NCBI GenBank assembly: GCA_015232575.1
Contig: JADFZL010000026.1
Location: 13,688-77,687 of the forward strand
Length of the DNA stretch: 64,000 bases
Origin: Candidatus Rifleibacteriota bacterium
Lineage (GTDB): Bacteria; Muiribacteriota; Ozemobacteria; Ozemobacterales; Ozemobacteraceae
Direction: 5' to 3'
A model generated the notes under the pieces. It was not told the DNA's origin, ran no database searches, and was given only the letters and a program-made list of their open reading frames with translations. Below, piece by piece: positions 28,185 to 37,474 of this stretch. Within the stretch, counting starts at the first letter, position 1. The number at the start of each line of letters is the position of its first letter. The translations under genes were made by a program, and so were the position numbers.

Positions 28185-29636
28185 ATGAGTGCAAATCTTT
28201 CTGATTTTTTGAAGGGAGTTTCTCTATTTTCCGCTCTTTCCGACGATCAAATCAAAACCGTCCTCGGACGGGTAGAAGTGGTAAAATATGTTCGAGACGC
28301 GGTTATTTGTAAAGAAGGCGAAAAAGCTGACTCAATGTTTGTTATCAAGTCCGGAATTGTCCAGATTTTTTGCGATGATGGACACAGCGGAAGAAAGATT
28401 CTCACACATTTAAAACTTGGAGAATATTTTGGTGAAATGTCTCTTCTTACAGATGATCCGCGGACTGCCAGTGCTAGCGCGCTGGCTGAAACAGAATTGA
28501 TAAAAATAAACAAAGATGACTTTCAGATGCTGCTTAAAAGCATTCCTGAAGTTGCTTTAACAATTATCAGAACTCTCTGCGACCGCCTTGCCAAAGCAAA
28601 TATCGGAACAAGTAATGCGAAGAAATTTAATGTCTTTGCAGTAATGGGTCCGGATACTTCTTCCGGAAAAAGCTTCTTTGCAAGAAATCTTGCTGCAGCA
28701 TTCAAAGAACTTCTTGAAAAGAGCATTTTACTTTATGATCCAAATCTGCGTGATGACAGAGTTGCAAAAAACCTTGGCATTCCTGCCCACTCAAGAATTA
28801 TTGATGAGCTTGTCGACAGAGAAAAAATAACTGACATTCACAAATACGTTGCTCAGTCACCAAGCGGCACTCTTACAATAGTTCCACAGGAAAATGGCCT
28901 TACCGACCTGAGATTAAAAGAATTCCATACTTTCTCCATAATGAAAACAGTATTAGAAAGTTTTGAATTCATAGTAATAGACAGCAGTTCAATGTTCACA
29001 AAGGTTACCAAAGAGATTGTACAATCCTGCGACAAAATTATATATCTGATATCCAGCAAAAATGTATCCATTGGTGGATTGATTGATCATTTTGAAGAAA
29101 CACGGCGAACATGGAAAGTTGACCCGTCGAAAGTGATATATGGAGTTAACCATCTGACTGATGATCCATCTAAAGAGAGTATTATTACTGAAAAAGACCG
29201 AAATTATATAAGATTTGAACTGCCATACGTGAAAGCTCTTGCCACCAGAAGAGAACCTGATGAAAAAGTTTTGATTCAGAGAGAATCTGATGCTCCCATG
29301 GTTAAAGCATTAAGACAAATAGCCGAAGATGTTCTTTTCGATCAGGAAATCAAGCTGTTCCTGCCACAATTTTCTGAAGATCCAACGAAGTCGTCTCTTG
29401 CCAAAAGATGGACTGAAAGTGGATTAAACGAGCTTTCTGCCGTAATAAGAAATCTCGCGATTACCGAGGGAGCAACCTGGGAAAATCAGAAAGGCATTTA
29501 TCTGCATGGAAAAACAGCTAAATGGTTGCTTAATACTATTGTGCCTGCAGTAGTAGATTTTGCAAATCGATTCAAACAGGAATTCAAAATTGAAAAAACC
29601 AGTATTTCAATAAACAGACAGGAAAGCATCATCTGA
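28185..29636 (+). CDS. cyclic-nucleotide-binding domain fused to a ParA/MinD-like P-loop ATPase-like domain
   Basis: CAP-family cNMP motif (GEYFGEMSLL...RTASA) at aa 1-130. Then VFAVMGPDTSSGKSF (Walker A-like) and FIVIDSSS (Walker B-like). Confidence 0.6.
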   Translation: MSANLSDFLKGVSLFSALSDDQIKTVLGRVEVVKYVRDAVICKEGEKADSMFVIKSGIVQIFCDDGHSGRKILTHLKLGEYFGEMSLLTDDPRTASASALAETELIKINKDDFQMLLKSIPEVALTIIRTLCDRLAKANIGTSNAKKFNVFAVMGPDTSSGKSFFARNLAAAFKELLEKSILLYDPNLRDDRVAKNLGIPAHSRIIDELVDREKITDIHKYVAQSPSGTLTIVPQENGLTDLRLKEFHTFSIMKTVLESFEFIVIDSSSMFTKVTKEIVQSCDKIIYLISSKNVSIGGLIDHFEETRRTWKVDPSKVIYGVNHLTDDPSKESIITEKDRNYIRFELPYVKALATRREPDEKVLIQRESDAPMVKALRQIAEDVLFDQEIKLFLPQFSEDPTKSSLAKRWTESGLNELSAVIRNLAITEGATWENQKGIYLHGKTAKWLLNTIVPAVVDFANRFKQEFKIEKTSISINRQESII

Positions 29637-29741
29637 GAACTTGTGTTTGAACTGGTTTTAACCACGGAATATACTGACGAACACGGAATTGTACTTTGAA
29701 GAGTATATAGTTTTTTGAACTTACCCTGCATGATATTGCAG

Positions 29742-29791
29742 TAAAAAAGAGCTTGTGGCAAAGTTTTGAACTTCGCAACAAGCTCTTTTTC
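29742..29791 (+). terminator. bidirectional terminator (A-run, AGAGCTTGT...ACAAGCTCT, T-run)
   Basis: 9-bp stem flanked by AAAAAA and TTTTT between convergent genes. Confidence 0.55.
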
Positions 29792-29802
29792 AATATTTTC
29801 TA

Positions 29803-31695
29803 TCAGAGTTTTCTTATCTTTTCAAGCCAGGTATTCAGCTCCAGAGAATTATTCTGAGTAGCTTCAAACTTAAGTAAATCGGTCAGTTTATTTTTCAGAG
29901 AATAGAGATTGTTTTTTCCTTCCCTGCCTGAGCTCTGATATATTTCAACAAAATCTTCAAATGGCCAGTACTCGTTATCTTCAATTGAGTATCTTACAGT
30001 CTCAAGAATGTCTTCTTCCTGATTATTCAAGTGGTCAATCTTTGCCGGAAGTTCTGCAGATTCAACTGATGCTGAAATATCAATATCCGGATTCATCCCT
30101 GGAATTCTGCTTAACAAGGGTTCGTTCTGAGAAGCAATCATTTCAACAACTGATCTCATAACCTTTTTATTCATTTTTGAACGTGCAACAACGACATTAG
30201 ATGAAGTCGATGGTCTGTTATTTTTTATTGTTACGGAAAAAGATATTGGAGCTGCAGGAGCACTTACGGCAAATGCCATTTCTATTTTTCCAACAGGACC
30301 ACGGTTTACAACTATTACCTGAAGGGAATCATGCTGTCCTGCAGGAGTTTTGAGAATCTGGTCTGTTTTACAATTATTCAATGTAAGCCATTCCATTTTT
30401 TTGGGAACCCTGTTTTTTGAATCCTGGAGTATTGCTGCTATTGCATAACTGTTTGAACTTTTACTCTGATCGTCGGCTTGCTGTTTTGCGCCCTGAAATG
30501 AAATCATTATTGGACCGGTAATTCCCTGAAGATTAAATCTGAAAGCCCTTGCTGACCACGGCTTGACAGAGCTTTTTACAGAAAAAGGCTGGCGATTAAA
30601 TATTCTTGTTGATGAAAGACGAATTCCAGGGTAAAAATTCTTATAACTGAACAAACCTTTTGCAAATGAAGGGTCATTAACAAAGCAGGCAACACAGAAA
30701 TTGCTGAAGATTCCCTGAAAAGAAATCGGAATATTTTTACTTTTAAACGCTTTGAGAATTCCTGCGGAACCATCGAGGTCACATTCAACAATGGTTCTAA
30801 GCAATGATTTTCTGCTGGCCTGGTCTGATGCAAGCTGAGTTGCCAGATAAAGACCATACATGTATACCTGCCCATAATTAGCTATCATCGTTGATTCGCT
30901 CCAGGCAAGCATATTGTTGTCGGAATTTCTCCAGAATGACAATACCTGCTGCGGATGGCCAAAACCGTTAAGAAAAGAAGCAAGCTGAGACATACTTTCG
31001 TTTATCCAGTTGTGTTCCATAGCATCATGATGCCAGTGAATCATGTGTTGAAGCTCATGAGCAACAACACTCATATATTCTTTCTTCTCTGGATTTGATG
31101 GATAAATGTCAAGATACAGCATTTCCCGCTGATTACTCATAGGTTCTTTTTCTTTTGAATATTCATCGCCGGCAAAAAAATAACCGGATGTATAATTTAA
31201 CTGTGATTTTGAAGGGTCGAAGCCGTCACGAATATCCAGAAAGAAAAGGCAAATCTTCGGATCACCGTCAATTCCGGGGTTCCATTCTTTTCCAAAATAT
31301 GAAGTAGTTGTCGGGTAAATATATTCATCAAACTGATAGACAATTTTATTCAAAACCTGTTCACTGAGGTTTTTTCCCTGTTCAAGATATATATAACAAT
31401 TTTTTCCAATTTTCTTTAAAACAGCCGGGATTTTTTCGAATTCCATCTTTCCAATGTTAAAGCAGTTGAACTGCTCGACATCACCAACTTGTTTTGGCCT
31501 TACATCAGCATTTTGAACGAAACCTTTGGTGCGCAGTTCAAATTCAGAAAGAGTTTCTTTAGCCTCTTCTTTAGCCAAACGCTTTACACGTTCTTCAAAA
31601 AGATGCGTTGCATCAAAGCCCTCGAAGGCGAAAGTTTGAACAACTATCACTGAGTAGAGAAAAAGGATAGTCAATATTTTATTATTCATTTTCAT
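29803..31695 (-). CDS. secreted zinc metallopeptidase (HEXXH)
   Basis: Signal peptide. VAHELQHMIHWHHD zinc-binding motif. 630 aa. Confidence 0.55.
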   Translation of the reverse strand: MKMNNKILTILFLYSVIVVQTFAFEGFDATHLFEERVKRLAKEEAKETLSEFELRTKGFVQNADVRPKQVGDVEQFNCFNIGKMEFEKIPAVLKKIGKNCYIYLEQGKNLSEQVLNKIVYQFDEYIYPTTTSYFGKEWNPGIDGDPKICLFFLDIRDGFDPSKSQLNYTSGYFFAGDEYSKEKEPMSNQREMLYLDIYPSNPEKKEYMSVVAHELQHMIHWHHDAMEHNWINESMSQLASFLNGFGHPQQVLSFWRNSDNNMLAWSESTMIANYGQVYMYGLYLATQLASDQASRKSLLRTIVECDLDGSAGILKAFKSKNIPISFQGIFSNFCVACFVNDPSFAKGLFSYKNFYPGIRLSSTRIFNRQPFSVKSSVKPWSARAFRFNLQGITGPIMISFQGAKQQADDQSKSSNSYAIAAILQDSKNRVPKKMEWLTLNNCKTDQILKTPAGQHDSLQVIVVNRGPVGKIEMAFAVSAPAAPISFSVTIKNNRPSTSSNVVVARSKMNKKVMRSVVEMIASQNEPLLSRIPGMNPDIDISASVESAELPAKIDHLNNQEEDILETVRYSIEDNEYWPFEDFVEIYQSSGREGKNNLYSLKNKLTDLLKFEATQNNSLELNTWLEKIRKL

Positions 31696-31901
31696 TTTAT
31701 TTTTTTACTTCCCTGCTGATGAATTTTTTTCAGGAATAGTTGCAAAACAATAAATATACGATCAACAATTATCATTATAATAATAAAAGTAATAATCCGC
31801 CAGTATTTCAAAATATCACTTCTAATTGGCAAATATATAAGCATGATGCAAGATTATAGTTTGTCTGACAGATATTTTTTTGTCAAAAATTTACTTACTC
31901 A

Positions 31902-32591
31902 TTGACTAGAGAATTGAGTCATGCTAAGATTCCCCACATGTCAACAAAAATTCGAATGATTCTTCTTGGGATTGCTGTACTGATACTGTTACTTGTTATT
32001 GCCGGAGTTGCTTACAGGGCAAGTAAAAAAGGCCATACAGAAGGAGATGGCAGCAAACAAACTGAAACAGCGGATGCGCATGGAACAGCAACAGCTCCAC
32101 AAGGAACAGGAGAGACTCCAGCATCTCACGGTTCTGAAACTGCCAGCAGCCATGGAAGCACTGCTGCTCCGACTGAAACAAAGGAACCTTCTTCTTCACA
32201 CGGATCAACCAAAGAGCCTGCCAACGCTAAGCCTGCAGATGCACACGGCTCTGCTCCAGCAGGAAAAACTCCTGCTGCTGGTGATACATCACGTTTTTCG
32301 CTTGGTGATTTCACAGCACCAGCCAGAGATGAAGAAGTGCATTATATTAAAATTGAGGTCGAGCTTGAATTTACTGGTGACCTGGAGAAAGAATTAACCA
32401 GAAGAAAAAATGAATTGCGCGATGCTGTAACGACAATAATAATGAAACTGACTATTCAACGAGCAAAAGAAGATTATATTGACAGATTTCTCCATCAGGA
32501 AATCCAGAACAAATTGAATGAAATTCTTGGAACCAGCGGCACAAAAAACCGGATAATCAGAATCTACATTCCTTCCTTTCTGGTAAACTAA
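31902..32591 (+). CDS. fliL: flagellar basal-body-associated protein FliL with His/Gly/Ser-rich insertion
   Basis: TM helix. C-terminal FliL domain (FSLGDFTAPAR...IKIEVELEF...RIIRIYIPSFLVN). The start may be ATG 31941. Confidence 0.75.
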   Translation: MTRELSHAKIPHMSTKIRMILLGIAVLILLLVIAGVAYRASKKGHTEGDGSKQTETADAHGTATAPQGTGETPASHGSETASSHGSTAAPTETKEPSSSHGSTKEPANAKPADAHGSAPAGKTPAAGDTSRFSLGDFTAPARDEEVHYIKIEVELEFTGDLEKELTRRKNELRDAVTTIIMKLTIQRAKEDYIDRFLHQEIQNKLNEILGTSGTKNRIIRIYIPSFLVN

Positions 32592-32670
32592 TCATCTGCA
32601 TCAGTCGATAATCCTTATAACAAGTTTTTTGTTAATCAAAGTATCATAAATTTGAGAGTTTGCTGGAAAT

Positions 32671-33714
32671 ATGGTTGAAACCTTATCACAGAATGAAATA
32701 GATGCTCTGCTTTCTGCGCTGAACGCAGGCGGAAGTCCTGCTCCAGATGCGGGTGGCGGTGGCGGAGGCGGCGGTGGAGCCGGTTTTTCTGGAAAAGGTG
32801 AAGCAGAGCGACCACAAAAAAAAGGAAAACTGTATGATTTCAAAAGACAGACAAAGTTTTCCAAAGAACAGATGGGTACAATCCAGCTTATCCATGAAAC
32901 ATTTGCCCGACTTGTTGGAACATATTTATCAACTGAACTGAGAGCCTATGCTCAGGCAAACATCGTTTCAGTTGATCAGTTGACATTCGAAGAACTTCTT
33001 CGTTCAATTTATTCGCCAACTTTTATTACAGGCTTCAGATCAGAAAAACTTGATGGAAAAGCACTTATAGATATAAATTTAAATGTAGTATTCACAATTC
33101 TGGACAGATTACTTGGTGGAAATGGTACACCGCTGGGCACTCTCAGGCAGCTGACAGAAGTAGAAAATCAGATAATGCAGAGAATAATGACACGTATTCT
33201 TGCCTTGCTCAGAGAAGCCTGGATAAACGTCGTAGACTTAACTCCCAGTATTGAATTTATCGATTCAAATCCGCAGTTTGCACAAATTGTCCCACCCGGA
33301 GACATGGTACTCGCTGTTGTATCAGAAATAAAAATACACGATGTAACGGGCCTGATGAATCTCTGCGTTCCATATAATACGATAGAATCGGTTGCATCAA
33401 AGCTGAACGCTGCCTCGTGGTTTGCAGCCATAAGAAAAGAACCGCTTTCGACAAACATCAAAGCTATTACTCATCAGGTAAGAAAAATTGATCTTCCATT
33501 TGTGGTTGAGCTTGGCACTGCAACACTTTCGCTGAATGACATCCTGAATCTACATCGCGGCGACATTTTAGTAACCGATCGTCTTGTTAAGCAGGATCTT
33601 GATATCAAAGTTGGAAATCTTATCAAATACAGGGGCCGTCCTGGTGTAATGGGAAAGAAAATGGCGGTCTCAATCACTCAGGTCATTGAAAATCCCGAGG
33701 AGGAGTTACCGTGA
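32671..33714 (+). CDS. fliM: flagellar motor switch protein FliM
   Basis: N-terminal [10 protein letters not shown] CheY-binding peptide and FliM middle domain. Contains a poly-Gly insert ([12 protein letters not shown]). Confidence 0.85.
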   Translation: MVETLSQNEIDALLSALNAGGSPAPDAGGGGGGGGGAGFSGKGEAERPQKKGKLYDFKRQTKFSKEQMGTIQLIHETFARLVGTYLSTELRAYAQANIVSVDQLTFEELLRSIYSPTFITGFRSEKLDGKALIDINLNVVFTILDRLLGGNGTPLGTLRQLTEVENQIMQRIMTRILALLREAWINVVDLTPSIEFIDSNPQFAQIVPPGDMVLAVVSEIKIHDVTGLMNLCVPYNTIESVASKLNAASWFAAIRKEPLSTNIKAITHQVRKIDLPFVVELGTATLSLNDILNLHRGDILVTDRLVKQDLDIKVGNLIKYRGRPGVMGKKMAVSITQVIENPEEELP

Positions 33715-35153
33715 CAGATTTATTGTCTCAGGAAGAAATTGATGCTCTATTAAGAAGTGGTGGAAGTATGGGAGGCGGAGAAGAAACAACACCGCCGCCA
33801 TCGGCTCCGCCACCCTCTTCGCCGCCTCCACCTCCAAGACAGCCCCCTGTTTCCGCTTCGCCGCGTCCGCCGCAGCAGGCGGCTTCGCAAGCATCTCATG
33901 GTGGAGCAAGCAGGTCCCCTGCAGGTTCAGATGTATCTGCAGTTCTTTCTCCTGAAGAAAAAGAAAAGCTGACAGAAGTCGCAAAGCTTTCAATGGGTGC
34001 TACATCTTCTGTTCTTCAAATGCTCCTGAACAGGCAAGTTGATCTTTCCCTTTCCCAGATGCGAATTATGACCCAGGATGACCTTGCATCTGAGTTCCAG
34101 GGAAACGATATGATAATTGCAAAAATTTCATACGTTGAAGGTTTTGCTGGAAATTCATATCTATTGCTTGAAAAACCGGTCTCAGCAATCATCGGCGACC
34201 TGATGATGGGTGGTGATGGTGCAAATCCAGAATTTCAGGAAATGCACAAATCTGCCGTCGGCGAAATGATGAACCAGATGATGGGGAAGACTACTACGAC
34301 CCTGTCAGAAATTTTTAAAAAACGTGTTGACATTAACCCACCTAACGTGGATTTAATAAATTTCCAATCAGCCCCTCCGCAGATGGAAGACTTCAAGCCT
34401 GGTGCAAAATTTCTACGAATGGGATATCATCTCAAGGTTGGTCAGGAAATAAATTCTGAGATGATTCAGCTTCTACCGCTTGATTTTGCTAAAAGCATGG
34501 CCTCTGATTTAGCTCAACCATCGAAACCAGTAGCAAAAAAGCCAGTTCCCCCACCCCCTCCAATGAGCTCTGGCGCACCTGAACAACAGCAACCAGCTCA
34601 AATGATGCCTCCTGGCGGTATGCAAGGAATGCCCGGGATGGGCGGAATGCCTGGAATGGGTGGTATGCCTGGAATGGGCGGTATGCCTGGAATGGGCGGT
34701 ATGCCCGGCATGGGAGGTATGCCTGGAATGGGTGGTATGCCCGGCATGGGCGGTATGCCTGGAATGGGTGGCATGCCTGGAATGGGCGGTATGCCCGGAA
34801 TGGGTGGCATGCCTGGAATGGGCGGTATGCCCGGAATGCAGGCGGCGAACCCCGCGGAATTTGGAATGTTTCAGATGCCAGGCGGAATTGGCCTGCAATC
34901 GAACATTGATCTTCTGCTTGATGTTCCTCTTCAAATAACAGTTGAATTGGGACGAACAAAAATGTTAATAAAAGATGTACTTGAATTAGGTATAGGTTCT
35001 GTTGTAGAGTTAAATAAATTGGCAGGTGAGGCAGTTGAAGTTCTGGTTAATAATAAACTGATTGCCAAGGGCGAAGTTGTTGTTATTGACGAGAATTTTG
35101 CCGTAAGAATAACAAGTATTGTTAATCCGCAAGATCGATTGCAGGCTATCTGA
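33711..35153 (+). CDS. fliY: flagellar motor switch protein FliY (CheY-binding peptide - CheC-like domain - FliN/SpoA domain) with Pro-rich and (MPGMGG)n inserts
   Basis: [10 protein letters not shown] at the N-terminus. CheC-like middle domain. C-terminal FliN domain ([33 protein letters not shown]). GTG start overlapping the fliM stop. Confidence 0.8.
   Translation: MTDLLSQEEIDALLRSGGSMGGGEETTPPPSAPPPSSPPPPPRQPPVSASPRPPQQAASQASHGGASRSPAGSDVSAVLSPEEKEKLTEVAKLSMGATSSVLQMLLNRQVDLSLSQMRIMTQDDLASEFQGNDMIIAKISYVEGFAGNSYLLLEKPVSAIIGDLMMGGDGANPEFQEMHKSAVGEMMNQMMGKTTTTLSEIFKKRVDINPPNVDLINFQSAPPQMEDFKPGAKFLRMGYHLKVGQEINSEMIQLLPLDFAKSMASDLAQPSKPVAKKPVPPPPPMSSGAPEQQQPAQMMPPGGMQGMPGMGGMPGMGGMPGMGGMPGMGGMPGMGGMPGMGGMPGMGGMPGMGGMPGMGGMPGMGGMPGMGGMPGMQAANPAEFGMFQMPGGIGLQSNIDLLLDVPLQITVELGRTKMLIKDVLELGIGSVVELNKLAGEAVEVLVNNKLIAKGEVVVIDENFAVRITSIVNPQDRLQAI
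34617..34850 (+). repeat. 18-bp tandem repeat x about 12 (ATGCCYGGNATGGGNGGN, encoding MPGMGG)
   Basis: ATGCC recurs every 18 bp from 34629 to 34827. Confidence 0.85.
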
Positions 35154-35173
35154 ACAGGAGGATACCCAATCCG

Positions 35174-35536
35174 ATGGGGAAAACAGTTTTAATAGTTGAT
35201 GACGCAGCATTCATGAGAATGATGATACGCGACATCCTGTCAAAAAATGGCTATGAGGTTCTTGGTGAGGCTCAGACCGGCAAGGAAGCAGTTGAGTTGT
35301 ATAAAAAGCTTAAGCCGGATTTGGTTACCATGGATATTACCATGCCGGAGATGAATGGCATTGACGCGGTTAAAGCAATAAAAAGCCTTGATCCCGGTGC
35401 CAGAATCGTAATGTGCAGTGCCATGGGGCAGCAGGCAATGGTAATTGATGCTATTCAGGCAGGTGCAAGAGATTTTGTCGTCAAACCATTCCAGCCAAAT
35501 CGGGTTATTGAAGCAGTTCAAAAAGCTCTTCGCTGA
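35174..35536 (+). CDS. cheY: chemotaxis response regulator CheY
   Basis: Single REC domain, 120 aa, LIVDDAAFMR...DITMPEMNG...KPF. Confidence 0.85.
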   Translation: MGKTVLIVDDAAFMRMMIRDILSKNGYEVLGEAQTGKEAVELYKKLKPDLVTMDITMPEMNGIDAVKAIKSLDPGARIVMCSAMGQQAMVIDAIQAGARDFVVKPFQPNRVIEAVQKALR

Positions 35537-35591
35537 AAACTGTATCATTAACTTACGGAAAACTGATTTTTACCTCAGAAAAAAACGACCA

Positions 35592-36323
35592 GTGAGGTTG
35601 TTTTTTTTCGGGGCGTTTTTTGTTTTCCTTTGTTTCTCGTCCTTTGCTCAAAATCTTTCGTCCTCTTCAAAACCTCTGAAAGCCAAAGAACAGGGAAATA
35701 AAAGCAAAGAAGTCGAACAGACTGAATTTGTCTCTAGTGTCACGTCCGCTGTAATAGAACCAAAAAAAGACTCTCTGGAAGCTTCTTCAGAAAAAGAACT
35801 TGATAAAAAAAAATCATTCCCTGCTGAAAATGATTTGATTTTTCCTGCAACTGATTCAGCAAACCTCAGAAAGATTCCCGAGTCTGACCCTCTTTCAACT
35901 GCGGTGAACATACTTTGTTCTTTCGCATTTATCATTACTCTTATGCTTGCATTATCATGGTATCTGCAGAACAAGGGTGTATGCAAAGGCAGCGATTTTG
36001 GAAGAACCCTCTGTGTTATTCCGCTTGATCACAAACACTTCATTTATATTGTCAACATTGTTGGAAAAATACTTGTCCTTGGAGTTACGGATCATCAGAT
36101 TAATCTTCTCTGCGAAATAACAGATCAATCTGCCATTGATGAATTGAATATAAAATCTTCAGATACTTCCAACAAAGTTGGTGTTGAACGAATTTTCAGT
36201 ATTTTCAGCAATGCAAAAAAGAATTTATCTGGAAATAATGAACCATTTTCAGAAATCATGAGACACGTAAACATTGCTAAAAACCAGATTGACGATATAA
36301 AATCAAGAAAAGAATCTAATTGA
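35592..36323 (+). CDS. fliO: flagellar biosynthesis protein FliO/FliZ
   Basis: Signal-like N-terminus, TM helix, then LVLGVTDHQINLLCEI, which matches the FliO signature (E. coli LVLGVTAGQINLLHKL). GTG start chosen to avoid the overlap with cheY in the track ORF. Confidence 0.7.
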   Translation: MRLFFFGAFFVFLCFSSFAQNLSSSSKPLKAKEQGNKSKEVEQTEFVSSVTSAVIEPKKDSLEASSEKELDKKKSFPAENDLIFPATDSANLRKIPESDPLSTAVNILCSFAFIITLMLALSWYLQNKGVCKGSDFGRTLCVIPLDHKHFIYIVNIVGKILVLGVTDHQINLLCEITDQSAIDELNIKSSDTSNKVGVERIFSIFSNAKKNLSGNNEPFSEIMRHVNIAKNQIDDIKSRKESN

Positions 36324-36337
36324 AAGGCAACAGTGTT

Positions 36338-37474
36338 ATGGAAAATTCATCAGAATCACCTTCAAAAGTTTATACAATTGGTCTCAGAGCAAAAAAACCT
36401 TCTGAATCAACGGCAAAAAAGATTGAAACACTAGCTAAAGCTGTTGGAATGGACTCATTCGATTGGAAGAATAAACTTGTTGCAGTAAAAACTCATTTTG
36501 GAGAACGCGGAAATTCTTCTTTCCCGCGTGGAACTTTCATAAGACCGCTGATAGACATGGTTAAATCCACTGGTGGCAAGCCTTTTCTTGCCGAAACAGC
36601 AACGTTATATACCGGAAGCAGAAGTAATGCGGTAGATCATATTGAAACAGCACTCCTGCATGGTTTTGGATACGAAGTTACAGGGGCGCCGATTTTTATT
36701 TGTGACGGACTTACCGGCCGGGATGCTCATCTTGTAAACATTTCCAAGAAACACATGAAAGAAGTATCGGTTGCATCAGGAATATATGAATCAGACGCTC
36801 TTATTGTAGTTTCACATTTCAAGGGACACGAGGTCGCAGGTTTCGGCGGAGCTGTTAAGAATCTTGGAATGGGCTGCTGTTCAAGATCTGCAAAACTTGC
36901 AATGCACTCTGGTCTCAAACCATCTGTAATCGAAAAATTGTGTGTAAAATGTGGAAACTGCCTGAGCTGGTGTTCTGTCAAGGCTATTTCCCAGGCAGAT
37001 TCTTCAAAGCCTGCAAAAATCGATCAAAAAAAGTGTCAAGGCTGCGGAGAATGTCTTGTTGCATGCCGTGTTGGTGCAATTAAAATAAACTGGGATGCAG
37101 ATGCTGCAAATGTCACTGAAAAAATGGTAGAGCACGCTTATGGCGTTGTACAGAACAAAAAAGGGAAAGCATTCTATTTTAATTTCCTGATTGATATTAC
37201 TCCACTTTGCGATTGCTATGGTTTTTCAGATTCACCAATTGTTCCAAACATTGGTTTTGCAGCATCAACAGACCCTGTTGCTCTGGATGCAGCTTCCGAA
37301 GACTGGGTAAACAGCCAGCAGGGATTAAAAAATTCTTCTCTCAAAGGTGGATTTGAACACGATCAAGCTAAGTTTCCACATGTTCACGAGAAAATAAACT
37401 GCTCGGTTCAGCTAAAATATGCAGAAGAAATCGGACTTGGATCAAAAAAATATGAGCGAGTTGAACTCGACTGA
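36338..37474 (+). CDS. DUF362-family iron-sulfur protein with two 4Fe-4S ferredoxin motifs
   Basis: CVKCGNCLSWC and CQGCGECLVACRVGAI. Confidence 0.65.
   Translation: MENSSESPSKVYTIGLRAKKPSESTAKKIETLAKAVGMDSFDWKNKLVAVKTHFGERGNSSFPRGTFIRPLIDMVKSTGGKPFLAETATLYTGSRSNAVDHIETALLHGFGYEVTGAPIFICDGLTGRDAHLVNISKKHMKEVSVASGIYESDALIVVSHFKGHEVAGFGGAVKNLGMGCCSRSAKLAMHSGLKPSVIEKLCVKCGNCLSWCSVKAISQADSSKPAKIDQKKCQGCGECLVACRVGAIKINWDADAANVTEKMVEHAYGVVQNKKGKAFYFNFLIDITPLCDCYGFSDSPIVPNIGFAASTDPVALDAASEDWVNSQQGLKNSSLKGGFEHDQAKFPHVHEKINCSVQLKYAEEIGLGSKKYERVELD

Noticed and set aside
31993-32397. Alternative-frame ORFs inside fliL (31993-32397, 31996-32208, 32126-32314)
   Set aside because: The low-complexity His/Gly/Ser-coding region leaves several frames open. 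The FliL frame has TM and C-terminal domain conservation.
34617-34850. Possible CRISPR array (regular 18-bp periodicity)
   Set aside because: The units are contiguous with no spacers, lie in-frame within a conserved protein and encode MPGMGG. No cas genes are present.
34489-34959. Antisense and alternative-frame ORFs (34489-34959, 34509-34934, 34598-34810, 34660-34938) within the fliY repeat
   Set aside because: Repeat-generated open frames. The fliY frame has conserved FliN and CheC domains on both sides.
35445-35591. Track ORF start at 35445 for the fliO gene, overlapping cheY by 90 nt
   Set aside because: There is no internal Met. An in-frame GTG at 35592 begins the hydrophobic signal-like N-terminus and removes the implausible overlap.
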